Below are positions 22,105 through 34,469 of a DNA stretch of 64,000 nt, one piece after another. The DNA comes from Candidatus Limnocylindria bacterium (GTDB lineage Bacteria; Chloroflexota; Limnocylindria; P2-11E). The position numbers were made by a program, and so were the translations under genes. Position 1 is the stretch's first letter; every line of letters starts with the position of its first letter. The notes below the pieces were generated by a model. It was not told where the DNA came from. It did no database searches and saw only the letters and a program-made list of their open reading frames with translations. Where the stretch lies: positions 3,989 to 67,988 of the forward strand of contig DASYXA010000062.1 of assembly GCA_035935465.1 (NCBI GenBank), given 5' to 3'.

Positions 22105-22217
22105 CTGAACGCCTCGCCTGGCCAGCGACCCGGCGGTGGCCGCCCCGATACACAGTCGCAACACGGCGGGCGAGCGAGGGCATAACGGGCGGCACGCGGA
22201 CTGCTTAGAGCCGGTGC

Positions 22218-22364
22218 GTGAGCACCGTCGTCCACGAGATCCAGGAGACCGTCGTCCGCGACGAGCGTGTCCGGACGGCGATCCTCGCGGCGTTCACGCT
22301 CGTGCTCGCGATCGCCTTCATGGTGCTGCTGATCTCCGACCAGGTGCAGGCCGCCGCTCTCTGA
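22218..22364 (+). CDS. Small single-TM protein (48 aa), below the ORF-track cutoff
   Basis: MSTVVHEIQETVVRDERVRTAILAAFTLVLAIAFMVLLISDQVQAAAL; host-like codon usage. Confidence 0.55.
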   Translation: MSTVVHEIQETVVRDERVRTAILAAFTLVLAIAFMVLLISDQVQAAAL

Positions 22365-22376
22365 GCGCCCGCCTTA

Positions 22377-23750
22377 GCTGACAACCGGCAGCACATCGTG
22401 CAGCCGCAACCAGCAGGACATCGTGCAGTCGATCGCTCCCAGAACCCGCACGACATCGTGCATTAGCGCGGCTGTGATCGCGTCGACCGACCCTTCGCCG
22501 CAACGAAGCGGCGGAGGGGAAGCGAGCGGTGACGGATCCCGAGGAGCGGCTGCGCAGGCTGGCGGTCCGACGCGTCCTGGCCGGGATGGCCGCGGCGGCG
22601 GTCGCCGCCGAGGTCCATCGGAGCGAGCGGTGGGTGTTCAAGTGGCTCGCGCGGTACGACCCGAAGGACGAGCACTGGGCGAGGGCCCGGTCACGCGCGC
22701 CGGTGACCGTCGCGAACAAGAGCGCACCCGAGCTCGAGGCACTCGTCCTGTCGGTGCGGGCCCGACTGCAGGCCGACCCGTGGGCCCAGCTCGGCGCGAC
22801 GGCGATCGCCTGGGAGCTTAAGAAGCTCGGACTGCAGGCACTGCCCAAGAGCTGGACGATCGAGCGGATCCTCCGCCGGGCGAAGGTCCCGCGCCGCCGC
22901 CGGCGCGAGCGGCGGCTGGCGAAGGGCACCCCGTACCCAGCCCCGCCGGCCCTGCTGCCGAACGCCTGCCAGGAGGCCGATCTCATCGGCCCGCGGCACC
23001 TGGCCGGAGCGATCCCATTCTTTGTGCTCACCGTCGTCGACCTCGGACGCCGCGTCGCAGCCTGCGAGCTCCAACTGTCGAAGGCCGATGCGCCGACGAT
23101 GGCTGCGGTCATCCGGGTCTGGAGTCGGCTCGGCGTGCCGACCCGCCTCAAGCTCGACAACTGGCTGCAGCCCTCCAACACCCGGCGACTGTCGGCGGTG
23201 GTCCGGATGTGCCTGGACCAGGGCGTCATCCCGGTGTTCATCCCGTTCGCCGAGCCATGGCGCAACGGCGTGGTCGAGCACTTCAACGACACCTTCGACA
23301 AGCACTTCTTCCGCACCGAGCAGTTCCGCGATCGGACCCACCTGAAGACCCGGATGCGTCGGTTCGAACAGTTCCACAACGCCGAGCACCGCTACTCGGC
23401 GCTCAAGGGGGCGACCCCCAATGAGGCGACCGCGCGGGCGGGTTTCCATCCGCGGTTGCTCGACCCCGGCTACCAGCTCCCGTCCGGTCGGCCGCGGCGC
23501 GGGCGGATCGAGTTCATCCGGCTCATCCGCTCCGATCGCGTGCTGCGGGTGATGGCCGCGCGGATCGCGCTGCCGGAGGCGTTCGTCTATGAGTACGTCA
23601 CCGCGGTGCTCGACGTCCGCCGCGAGGTCATCGACGTCTTCCACCTCGGCCGCCGGGTCAGGACCGTGCCCTTCAGGCTCGACGGGTGAACGATGTCCTG
23701 CAGGCAGATCTAGCCTGCGCGCCATGAACGATGTCCTGCTGGGTGAGAGC
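22377..23750 (+). mobile_element. IS element with an rve-type DDE transposase (IS481-like), TA duplication
   Basis: Imperfect 26-bp terminal IR (GCTGACAACCGGCAGCACATCGTGCA / GCTCTCACCCAGCAGGACATCGTTCA), TA on both sides, internal ACATCGT repeats. Confidence 0.8.
22529..23689 (+). CDS. DDE transposase (HTH + integrase core)
   Basis: QEADLIG, LKLDN, FIPFAEPWRNGVVEHFN; reading frame intact. Confidence 0.88.
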   Translation: MTDPEERLRRLAVRRVLAGMAAAAVAAEVHRSERWVFKWLARYDPKDEHWARARSRAPVTVANKSAPELEALVLSVRARLQADPWAQLGATAIAWELKKLGLQALPKSWTIERILRRAKVPRRRRRERRLAKGTPYPAPPALLPNACQEADLIGPRHLAGAIPFFVLTVVDLGRRVAACELQLSKADAPTMAAVIRVWSRLGVPTRLKLDNWLQPSNTRRLSAVVRMCLDQGVIPVFIPFAEPWRNGVVEHFNDTFDKHFFRTEQFRDRTHLKTRMRRFEQFHNAEHRYSALKGATPNEATARAGFHPRLLDPGYQLPSGRPRRGRIEFIRLIRSDRVLRVMAARIALPEAFVYEYVTAVLDVRREVIDVFHLGRRVRTVPFRLDG

Positions 23751-23764
23751 TAGGCTCGGTCGGC

Positions 23765-24865
23765 ATGCCGCCGCGACGCTCCCTCTACCTGATCCATGGC
23801 GAGGATCCATACCGCGCGCGGCTGCGCGCTGCCGAGCTCGTCGCGAGCCTGGTGACCCGCGACGAACGGTCCTCCGATCTGCGCACCCAGCGCTCCTCGG
23901 ACCTCGGGACCCCGCTCGGCCTCTCGCGGTACGACGCCACGGACAAGGACAAGGACGTTGGATCGCTGATCGAGCTCTCGGGCCGGTCGCAGGGCCTGTT
24001 CGACGCGGTCGACGAGCAGCGGATCGTCGTCGTCGAGCACGCGGAAGCGCTGAAGGACACCGCCGTGATCGGCCGCTTCCCGGCGGAGGCGGCGCTCGTC
24101 CTCGTCAGCGAGACGAAGATCCAGGCCCAGCGTCGCCGTCCGGCCAAGACGGCCAAGACGGCGAAGGTGGCCGAGCCCGTGGCCGACCTCGCGACGGCGG
24201 TGGAGGCGGCGGGCGGGTCGATCGAGCACATCGCGCGTCTCCTGCCGGGCGAGCTCGGCGGGTGGATCGCGGCGCGGGCGACGCTCCTCGGCATCGACCT
24301 CGGGCCCGATGCGATCGTCGAGCTCGGCGCGGCCGTCGGCCCGGACAGCGAGCGCGTCGACCAGGAGCTCGCGAAGCTCGGCTCGTTCGCCGCCGGCGCG
24401 CGTGTGACCGGCGCGGACGTGCGGGCGCTCGTGAGCGGTGCGATCGAAAGCGACATCTTCGAGCTCACCCAGTCCGTCGTGCGCCGCGACTCGCAGACGG
24501 CGATCGCTCGTCTCGACGCGCTCCTCGCGGAGGGACAGGCGCCGCAGCAGATCCTCGCACTGCTGCTCTGGCAGTTCCGCGTGCTCCTGTTCGCCGTGCT
24601 CATGAACCAAGGGGCGAACGCCGAGCGGAGCGCGAAGGCGATCCGGAGCTCCGCGTACGCGATCGGGAAGTGGCAGGCCTTCGCGCGACGGGTGTCGCGG
24701 GCCGACATCGTCCGCGCGTACGAGGTGCTGTACGCGACCGACCTCGCCATCAAGACCGGCCGGATCGAGGAGAAGCTCGCGATGACGTTGTGCGTGCTGG
24801 ACCTCTGCGGCGTCCACGCCGCGGATCCGCGCGAGCTCGTGGTGGGCGAGCCGCCGCGCCGCTAG
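23765..24865 (+). CDS. holA: DNA polymerase III subunit delta
   Basis: LYLIHGED start, QELAKL, SDIFELT, DLAIKTG. Confidence 0.85.
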   Translation: MPPRRSLYLIHGEDPYRARLRAAELVASLVTRDERSSDLRTQRSSDLGTPLGLSRYDATDKDKDVGSLIELSGRSQGLFDAVDEQRIVVVEHAEALKDTAVIGRFPAEAALVLVSETKIQAQRRRPAKTAKTAKVAEPVADLATAVEAAGGSIEHIARLLPGELGGWIAARATLLGIDLGPDAIVELGAAVGPDSERVDQELAKLGSFAAGARVTGADVRALVSGAIESDIFELTQSVVRRDSQTAIARLDALLAEGQAPQQILALLLWQFRVLLFAVLMNQGANAERSAKAIRSSAYAIGKWQAFARRVSRADIVRAYEVLYATDLAIKTGRIEEKLAMTLCVLDLCGVHAADPRELVVGEPPRR

Positions 24866-24872
24866 ACGGCCG

Positions 24873-27307
<2,435 letters not shown>

Positions 27308-28381
27308 CTATCCGGCGGGCTTCGCCGGCCACAGGGTGTGCATGAGGATGAGGCGCGGTCGCTCGGGCCCGCCGGTCGGCGGGAACTCCGGCACACCGAC
27401 CGGCTCCTCGATCCGGCAATCGTCGATCCGGGCGTCGAACCGTAGCGCGCGGAACCGCGCGTCGACGAGCACGCCCCCATCGACGCTCTCGTGGTCGACG
27501 ATCGCGACGAGCCGCGGACGGAGCCACACCATCCCCGGCCGGAGCGGGAACGGTCCGAGGAACGGCGAGCCGTCCGTGCGGAAGCCGCGGGTCGCGGCAT
27601 CCACCCAGTCGCCGAGGTACGGCGGGACGTACGCCTCGCCGGCGTAGCTGAGCGCGCCGTTGTCGTTCATCCAACCGCACAGGAGCGCCCGCGCGCCGCG
27701 GCGTTCGTCGAGGACGAGCCCGCCGATCACGACATCCGCTCGCGGCGAGACGAGGCACTTCAGCCAGTCGGCGCTGCGGGCTCCGGGCACGTACGTGCCG
27801 TCGCGACGCTTCGCGACGACGCCCTCGAGCTCGTACTCGGCGACCACGTCCAGGAACGGCTCGCCGTCGTACTCGAGATGCTCCGGCACGACGAGGCCCT
27901 TTTGCGCGAGGCCGTGCCCGAGCAGGCGCCGCCGCCGCTCCTCGCAAGCGAGGCCGAGCAGGGAGCGGTGGCCGTCATACAAGAGGTCGAACGCGACGAA
28001 CAGCGGGCCCTTGCCGCGCTTGCTCGCCTTCGGGCCCAGCCGTCCGACCAGCAGGTCGTAGCTCGGTCGGCCCCGCGAGTCGCAGACGATGATCTCGCCA
28101 TCGAGAAGGGTGCCCTCGGGAAGCCGCAGCGTTCGAAGCTCGGGCACCGCCGAGCGGAGATCGCCGCCGTTCCGGTCGACGATCCGCAGTCCCTCGCGAT
28201 CGGCCGAGACGAACGCCCGGATGCCATCCCACTTCAGCTCGAAGAGGTGGTCCGGCGAGTTGAACCCGCGTTCGGCGAGCCGCGGCCGCATCGGCGCGAA
28301 CGTGCGTGGCAGCGTGGTGGAGGAGGCGGGAGGATCGAGCAGGACGGGATGATCGGGACCGGCGCGTGCCGCTCTCCTCAT
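27308..28381 (-). CDS. Stand-alone ATP-dependent DNA ligase (LigC/LigD-ligase-like)
   Basis: ELKWDG, LDGEI, AFDLL, LEGVVAK; divergent motif V and OB domain. Confidence 0.85.
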   Translation of the reverse strand: MRRAARAGPDHPVLLDPPASSTTLPRTFAPMRPRLAERGFNSPDHLFELKWDGIRAFVSADREGLRIVDRNGGDLRSAVPELRTLRLPEGTLLDGEIIVCDSRGRPSYDLLVGRLGPKASKRGKGPLFVAFDLLYDGHRSLLGLACEERRRRLLGHGLAQKGLVVPEHLEYDGEPFLDVVAEYELEGVVAKRRDGTYVPGARSADWLKCLVSPRADVVIGGLVLDERRGARALLCGWMNDNGALSYAGEAYVPPYLGDWVDAATRGFRTDGSPFLGPFPLRPGMVWLRPRLVAIVDHESVDGGVLVDARFRALRFDARIDDCRIEEPVGVPEFPPTGGPERPRLILMHTLWPAKPAG

Positions 28382-28419
28382 CGGTCGAGTATGCGGCTCG
28401 CGCTTGCGCTACCCCGTAC

Positions 28420-29301
28420 CTAGGACGCCTTCTTGCGCGCCGGCCTCTCCTTCGCGTTCGCCTTCTTGTGCCCGAGCGACCCGTGGCCACCACGGCCGGC
28501 GCGGCCACCCTTCTGCTCTTCCTCTTTCGCCCTGGCGACCGAGGCCTTGAGGGCGGCCATGAGGTCGACGACGGTCGTTTCGGCCTCGGGCTCGGCCGCC
28601 TCGACGAGGTCCTCGCGCCCTTCGACCTTCGCCTCGACGACCTTCTCGAGGGCCTTCTTGTACTCGTCGCGGTATGCGGATGGGTCGAACGCCGTCGCCA
28701 TCATGGCGACCAGGTTCTCGGCCATCTTCAGCTCGGCCGGCGAGACCTTCACGTCCGCCGGCAGGTCGAGGTCCTCGGTGTTCCGGATCTCGTCGGGCCA
28801 GTGCAGCGTGTTCATGACCATGGCGCCGTCGAGCGAGCGCACGGAGACGAGCCGTTCGCGGTCGCGCAGGGCGAACTTCGCGATCGCGATCTGACCGGTC
28901 TTCTCGAGCGTCTTCTTCATCAGCGCGTACGGCTTCTGCGCCGACTTCTCGGGCTCGAGGTAGTAGGCGCTCTGGTAGTACAGCGAGCCCGGCAGCTCCG
29001 AGTCCTTGATGAAGCCGGTGATGTCGATGGCCTTGCTCGACTCGAGCGGCAGCTTCTCGAGATCGTCATCGGTCAGGATGACGTAGCTGCCTTTCTCGTA
29101 CTCGTAGCCGCGCACCACGTCACCCCACGCGACCTCATGGTCACCCTCGGGGCACCACCGCTTGTTCTTGATGCGCGACTTGTGATCGGGGCAGAGGAGG
29201 TTGAACGAGACCTTCGACGAGCTCTCGGTCGCGAGGTACAGCCGCACCGGGATGTTCACCATCCCGAACTGCAGCGAGCCCTTCCAGATCGAACGGGGCA
29301 T
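28420..29301 (-). CDS. ku: NHEJ protein Ku
   Basis: IWKGSLQFGMVNIPVRLY, VRGYEY, YYLEP, basic C-terminal tail. Confidence 0.95.
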   Translation of the reverse strand: MPRSIWKGSLQFGMVNIPVRLYLATESSSKVSFNLLCPDHKSRIKNKRWCPEGDHEVAWGDVVRGYEYEKGSYVILTDDDLEKLPLESSKAIDITGFIKDSELPGSLYYQSAYYLEPEKSAQKPYALMKKTLEKTGQIAIAKFALRDRERLVSVRSLDGAMVMNTLHWPDEIRNTEDLDLPADVKVSPAELKMAENLVAMMATAFDPSAYRDEYKKALEKVVEAKVEGREDLVEAAEPEAETTVVDLMAALKASVARAKEEEQKGGRAGRGGHGSLGHKKANAKERPARKKAS

Positions 29302-29358
29302 CGCGCACCTCCGCCGTGCTCATCGCGTGGCCAGCCACGCGGAGCGTACACCCCTGCG

Positions 29359-29745
29359 TCAAGCGCGCGCGAGCCGGAGGATCCGGCGCAGCGTCGCGGG
29401 GTCGCCGGCCCAGTGCGCGGCCACGACCTCGTGCGACGACGCGCGCACGACGAAGCGGAGCGCTAACGCCGCGACGATCGCGTCATCGAGCGAGCCCGCG
29501 ATCGGGACGAAGTCGGGCACGAGGTCGATCGGCATGGCGAGGTACAGGACGGCCAGACCGAGGACGATCTTCGCGCGCAGCGGTACCCGCGGATCGCGAA
29601 GGAGACCGGCGAACAGGCGCGTGAGATTCGGAACGAGGAGCGCGAGCTCCTGCGCGAGCGTGCGGCGCCCGAGGAGCACCAGCGCGAGAACGAGCGCGAG
29701 CCACACGACCACGAGGACCGCGACGATCGCGAGCGCGCGCTCCAC
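29359..29745 (-). CDS. DUF1232 (YkvA) membrane protein
   Basis: YLAMPIDLVPDFVPIAGSLDD. Confidence 0.85.
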   Translation of the reverse strand: MERALAIVAVLVVVWLALVLALVLLGRRTLAQELALLVPNLTRLFAGLLRDPRVPLRAKIVLGLAVLYLAMPIDLVPDFVPIAGSLDDAIVAALALRFVVRASSHEVVAAHWAGDPATLRRILRLARA

Positions 29746-31370
29746 TAGATCGCGAGCGCGCGCTCCGCGAGGCTCGTCGGCATCGCGCCGCTTGCGGTGA
29801 GCGTGTCGTGGAACTCGCGCAGCGCCGCGACATCGCTCCGCCCCTTGCGCGCGAGCCAGCGCGTGCGGACGTCGACGATCTCGAGCATGCCGGTGAGATA
29901 CGCCGAGGCCTGCGTCGGCCACGAGCAGTAGCGCCCGACCTCGGCCTTCGCGTTCGGCTCGGTGAGGTTGCCCTTCTCGACCATGAACGTCACGGCCTCG
30001 TCGAACGACATCTCGCCGAGGTGGAGGCTGGTATCGACGATGACCCGGGCCGCGCGGAAGATCGTGGCCTCGTACTGATAGAGGAGGTGCTTCGGGTCGG
30101 CGAAGAAGCCCTGCTCGCGCATCACGCGCTCCGCGTAGAGCGCCCAGCCTTCCGAGAAGTACGGCGTGTTGAACACCTGCCGCAGCTTCGAGGGGTTGAA
30201 GTGCGCCATGACCAGGTGCCAGTGATGCCCGGGATAGGCCTCGTGCACCGCGGTCGTCGGGATCCCGGCGCTGCAGTTGCCCTCGAGGCGTCGTTGGATC
30301 TCCTCGGCCGGCGTGTTGTCGGGCGGGTACGGCACGAAGAAGTGTCCGGCCAGCGAGTCGCTGAACGCGGGCGGTCGGTTGTACGACGCGACCGCGAGGA
30401 TCGGCCGCTGGAACGGCGGCGAGGGCTCGACCGTGCACCGTTCGCCCGGCGGCAAGGTCACGAGGCCGGTGTCACGGAGGAACGAGCGGGCCCGCTCCGT
30501 CCACTCCGCGTACTCGGCGCGCATGCCGTCCGGGGTCGGCGCGTGGATCTTGTTCAGGGTGTCGAGCAGCCCGACCCAATCCTCGTGGCCCGAGATCTCC
30601 TTCGCGATGCGGCGCGCCTCGGCCGCGAGGAGGTCGTACTGCTCGCGCCCGCGCTCGCGGAGCGCACGCGCGTCGTACGGAAGGAGCTCCTTCTCCCTGA
30701 GCAGCGCCGAGTACGTCGCCTCGCCCACGGCGTAGTCGCCGGCCGCCTTCTCCCGCTTCTGCTGGAGGAACGCGCCGAACGCGTCGAACGCGTCGGCGGC
30801 CACGGCGCCTGCGGCCGCGAGCCGCTCGCGCGCGGACGGATCCGTGACCTCCTGCGGGACGAGCTCGCGCGCGTACGTCGCCGCGGCACGGGCCTGGCCG
30901 ATCGCGCGATCAACGTAGATCTTGGGGACGATCGTGAAGTCCAGGTTGTCCATGCCCTGACGCAGGGCCCGCGGCACCTCCGCGAGGCGCGCCCCCGCCG
31001 CTTCGGCGAGGTCCGCCTCCGGACGCAGGCGATGCAGGAACAGGGAGAACACGCCCTGGAGGCCCGGATTCAGATAGGTGGCCGGCTGCTTCTGCCACGT
31101 GCGGAGCGGTGCTGTGAGCTCGCGCCCGCGGAGGATCGCGCTCGCGAAGTCGCGGTCGATCCGCTCCGCCGCGCTGAGCGAGTCGTCCGGCAGCGCCCGG
31201 AACCGCGCGAGCCACGCGCTCGACCGCTCCTCGTGCCGCCGGAACGCGTCGGCCGACAGGTCGTCGAGCCGCTCGTCGTATGCGGTGAGGCCGAGGCTGC
31301 TCGCCTGGACCGGAGACTCGGCGAACTCCTCGTTCAGGAACGTCCCGACCGCCTCGGTGAACGACGACAT
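29745..31370 (-). CDS. DUF885 family protein
   Basis: HEAYPGHHW, FSEGWALYAE, RAARVIVDTSLH, EVGRY, QASAY. Confidence 0.88.
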   Translation of the reverse strand: MSSFTEAVGTFLNEEFAESPVQASSLGLTAYDERLDDLSADAFRRHEERSSAWLARFRALPDDSLSAAERIDRDFASAILRGRELTAPLRTWQKQPATYLNPGLQGVFSLFLHRLRPEADLAEAAGARLAEVPRALRQGMDNLDFTIVPKIYVDRAIGQARAAATYARELVPQEVTDPSARERLAAAGAVAADAFDAFGAFLQQKREKAAGDYAVGEATYSALLREKELLPYDARALRERGREQYDLLAAEARRIAKEISGHEDWVGLLDTLNKIHAPTPDGMRAEYAEWTERARSFLRDTGLVTLPPGERCTVEPSPPFQRPILAVASYNRPPAFSDSLAGHFFVPYPPDNTPAEEIQRRLEGNCSAGIPTTAVHEAYPGHHWHLVMAHFNPSKLRQVFNTPYFSEGWALYAERVMREQGFFADPKHLLYQYEATIFRAARVIVDTSLHLGEMSFDEAVTFMVEKGNLTEPNAKAEVGRYCSWPTQASAYLTGMLEIVDVRTRWLARKGRSDVAALREFHDTLTASGAMPTSLAERALAI

Positions 31371-31398
31371 GCGCGCCTCCCCTGACAATGCGTAGGCC

Positions 31399-33870
31399 GT
31401 GAGTCTGACCGAATACCAGAAGAAGCGTGATTTCCGGAAGACGCCCGAGCCGAAGGGCACCCTTCAGCCGGCGCCGGCAACGCTCCGCTACGTGGTGCAC
31501 CGGCACCACGCGACGCGGCTGCACTGGGACGTGCGCCTCGAGATGCGCGGCGTGCTGGCGTCGTTCGCGGTGCCGCAGGGCCCGCCCCTCGTGCCGGGCA
31601 AGCGCCGGCTCGCGGTCCACACCGAGGACCATCCGATCGAGTACCTCACCTTCCACGGCGTCATCCCGGATGGCTATGGCGCGGGCACGATGACGATCTG
31701 GGATGAGGGAACGTACGAGCTGCTGCTCGAGAAGCCGTCGAAGAGTGACAGGGGCGGCGAGTACAAGATCCGGTTCCACGGGACGCGCCTGACCGGCGAA
31801 TACGTGATCGTGCAGACCACCGCCCACGAGGGCCGCGACTGGCTGATGATCATGCACGGCGCCGTGCCAAAGGACGACCCGCTCGCGCGCAAGATCGAGC
31901 CGATGCTCGCGATCACCGCCGACGAGCCGTTCGACTCGCCGCAGTTCACCTACGAGGCGAAGTGGGACGGCGTGCGCACGCTCGCGTTCGTCGACGGGGG
32001 CGAGGTGCGGCTCCAGACCCGCAATCTCCTCGATTGCACGAAGCAGTATCCCGAAGCGCACGCCGCGGCCGAGGCGCTCACCGGCGGCTACCAGGCGATC
32101 CTCGACGGCGAGGTCGTCGCGTTCGACGCCGACGGGGTGCCCTCGTTCCAGCGGCTGCAGCCGCGGATGCACCTGCGTGACGAGGGCGCGGTGAGCCGGC
32201 TGCGCAAGAGCGTGCCCGTCGTCTACGAGGTGTTCGATCTCCTCTATCTCGACGGCGAGGACCTCACCCGCCGGCCGCTGCGCGAACGCCGGCGGAAGCT
32301 CGAGGCCGCGCTCGAGCCGATGGGCGCGATCCGGCTGTCCGAAGGGTTCCCCGGGAACGGGAAGGCCCTGTTCAAGGCGGTGCAGGAGCGGGGGCTCGAG
32401 GGGATCGTCGCGAAGCGGCTCGACGCCCCGTACGTGTCCGGCCGCTCGGCGGCGTGGGTGAAGGTCAAGGCGTTCAAGACCATGGACTGCGTCATCGGCG
32501 GCTGGACCGAGGGGCAAGGTGGCCGGCACGGCACCCTCGGCGCGCTCGTCGTCGGCATCTACACGGACGATGCGCTCGTGCCGGTCGGGCACGTCGGCAG
32601 CGGCTTCGACGACCGCACGCTGCGCGACCTCCTCAAGACGCTGAAGGAGCACCAGTCGCCGACGTCGCCGTTCGCGGTCGCGCCGAAGGTCAACCAGCCG
32701 GCGACCTGGTGTTTCCCGGATCTGGTGTGCGAGGTCCGCTACGCCGAGATCACCCGCGACGGGACGGTCCGCCACCCGACGTACCTCGGGCTCCGGCTGG
32801 ACGTGGATCCGAGGGACTGCACCGGCCTCGAGACCGCCGCGACGGCGAAGGAGGCGCAGCGCAAAGCGGAGCGGGCCGCGCGCAGCGACGGGCCGGCGGT
32901 CGCGGTGTCGAAGGAGCGCACGCCGGCGGTCATCGAGGTCGACGGCCGGCAGATCAAGCTCACGAATCTCGAGAAGGTGCTGTTCCCCGAGGACGGCTAC
33001 ACGAAGGCCGACCTCATCCGGTACTACACCGAGGTCTCGCCGTTCCTCATCCCGGTCATTCGCGACCGGCCGCTCACGCTCAAGCCGTTCCCCGACGGCA
33101 TCAGCGGCCCGAGCTTCTACCAGAAGGACAAGCCGGGCTTCACGCCGAGGTGGATCAAGAGCTGGACCGACACCGCCGCCGATCGTGCGGGCGGGATCGA
33201 CTACGTGCTCGGGAACGACCTCGCCACCCTCATCTGGATGGCGAACTACACGGCGATCGAGATCCACCCGTGGCTGTCGCGTATCGACAAGCCCGACGCC
33301 CCCGACTTCGCGATGATCGACCTCGATCCCGCAACGGGTGCCACGTGGTCCGACGTGAAGGAAGCCGCGCTGCTCGTGCGCGACCTGTTGCACGGGCTCG
33401 ATCTCGAGGGGTTCCCGAAGACCACGGGCTCGCGCGGGATCCACGTGCTCGTGCCGATCGCGCGCCGGTACTCGTTCGACGAGTCGCGCGGCTTCGTCGA
33501 GCGGGTCGGAAAGGCGGCTCGCGAGCGGGCGCCCACGCTCATCACGCTGACCTTCGCGAAGAAGGAGCGGCGGGGCATCTACGTGGACTACCTGCAGAAC
33601 GTCCGCGGCAAGACGACCGCCGGCCCGTACAGCGTCCGGCCGATCCGCCGCGCGCCGGTGAGCGCGCCGCTCCGTTGGGACGAGATCGCCGGGCTCGGCC
33701 GGCCGGACGCGTTCACGATCGCCAACCTGCCCGATCGGCTCGCGTCGGTGGGTGACCTGCTCGCGCCCGCGCTCGAGCTGCCGCAGAAGCTGCCGAAGAC
33801 CGTGTTCCCGACCGGCAGAGCGAAGAACGCGTCCGGGAGTGGGAGGGGCGCGGCCCCTGCCAGGAAATGA
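31399..33870 (+). CDS. ligD: NHEJ DNA ligase D, domain order phosphoesterase-ligase-polymerase
   Basis: PE: KRDF..TPEP, HATRLHWDVRLE; LIG: EAKWDG, EGIVAK, WVKVK; POL: IEIHPW, IDLDP, KTTGSRGIH, VDYLQN. Confidence 0.95.
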   Translation: MSLTEYQKKRDFRKTPEPKGTLQPAPATLRYVVHRHHATRLHWDVRLEMRGVLASFAVPQGPPLVPGKRRLAVHTEDHPIEYLTFHGVIPDGYGAGTMTIWDEGTYELLLEKPSKSDRGGEYKIRFHGTRLTGEYVIVQTTAHEGRDWLMIMHGAVPKDDPLARKIEPMLAITADEPFDSPQFTYEAKWDGVRTLAFVDGGEVRLQTRNLLDCTKQYPEAHAAAEALTGGYQAILDGEVVAFDADGVPSFQRLQPRMHLRDEGAVSRLRKSVPVVYEVFDLLYLDGEDLTRRPLRERRRKLEAALEPMGAIRLSEGFPGNGKALFKAVQERGLEGIVAKRLDAPYVSGRSAAWVKVKAFKTMDCVIGGWTEGQGGRHGTLGALVVGIYTDDALVPVGHVGSGFDDRTLRDLLKTLKEHQSPTSPFAVAPKVNQPATWCFPDLVCEVRYAEITRDGTVRHPTYLGLRLDVDPRDCTGLETAATAKEAQRKAERAARSDGPAVAVSKERTPAVIEVDGRQIKLTNLEKVLFPEDGYTKADLIRYYTEVSPFLIPVIRDRPLTLKPFPDGISGPSFYQKDKPGFTPRWIKSWTDTAADRAGGIDYVLGNDLATLIWMANYTAIEIHPWLSRIDKPDAPDFAMIDLDPATGATWSDVKEAALLVRDLLHGLDLEGFPKTTGSRGIHVLVPIARRYSFDESRGFVERVGKAARERAPTLITLTFAKKERRGIYVDYLQNVRGKTTAGPYSVRPIRRAPVSAPLRWDEIAGLGRPDAFTIANLPDRLASVGDLLAPALELPQKLPKTVFPTGRAKNASGSGRGAAPARK

Positions 33871-34406
33871 CTTCGGCCGTCCTCGCTCCGGGATACGGCG
33901 GCACGGCCGAGCAGCCGCTCTTGAAACGGCTCGCGGCGCGACTCGAGGCGGATGGCGTCGCGACGTCGCGCATCACGTTCTCGACCAAGCGGCCCAGCCG
34001 CGGCTACGCGACCGAGAAGCAGGAGCTGCGCGCCGCGCGCGACGCGCTCCTCGCGCGCAGCGGACCGCCGGTCGCGCTCGTCGGGCGTTCATTCGGCGGC
34101 CGGATGTGCGCGTTCCTCGCGGCCGAGGAGCCGCCCGACGCGCTCGTCATCCTCGGCCACCCGATCTCGCCGCCCGATCGTCCGCGCCCCGCCGACGAGG
34201 CCGCGCTGCTTGGGATCACGTGCCCGACCTTGGTGGTCCAAGGCGATCGAGACGAGCTCGGTCCCCTCGGGGTGCTCGAGCGGATCGCGGGGCAGAACCC
34301 GCGGATCGACCTCGTCGTTCTGCGTGGCGCCGGTCACGAGTACGGCTCGCACGAGGGCGAGGCGATCCGATCGGCAGCGCGCTGGCTGGTGAGCGTCCTC
34401 CGCTAG
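33867..34406 (+). CDS. Alpha/beta hydrolase (KANL3/Tex30-like)
   Basis: GRSFGG nucleophile elbow, QGDRD, GAGH. Confidence 0.8.
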   Translation: MTSAVLAPGYGGTAEQPLLKRLAARLEADGVATSRITFSTKRPSRGYATEKQELRAARDALLARSGPPVALVGRSFGGRMCAFLAAEEPPDALVILGHPISPPDRPRPADEAALLGITCPTLVVQGDRDELGPLGVLERIAGQNPRIDLVVLRGAGHEYGSHEGEAIRSAARWLVSVLR

Positions 34407-34469
34407 GCCTCTGCGGCGCGTTCACGAACGCTCCACATCCGGCGTCCAGGGTGGACCTCGCATCAGGAG

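Noticed and set aside
20065-22164. Long antisense and alternate-frame ORFs (e.g. opposite ftsH, ligD, pyrG, nuoL, ALDH)
   Set aside because: Expected shadows of high-GC coding strands; Arg/Ala/Pro-rich with no family motifs.
22105-22217. ncRNA or riboswitch after ftsH
   Set aside because: GC-rich with short stems but no consensus I could recognise.
22218-22364. Flp pilin
   Set aside because: Lacks the G|xxxxEY prepilin motif.
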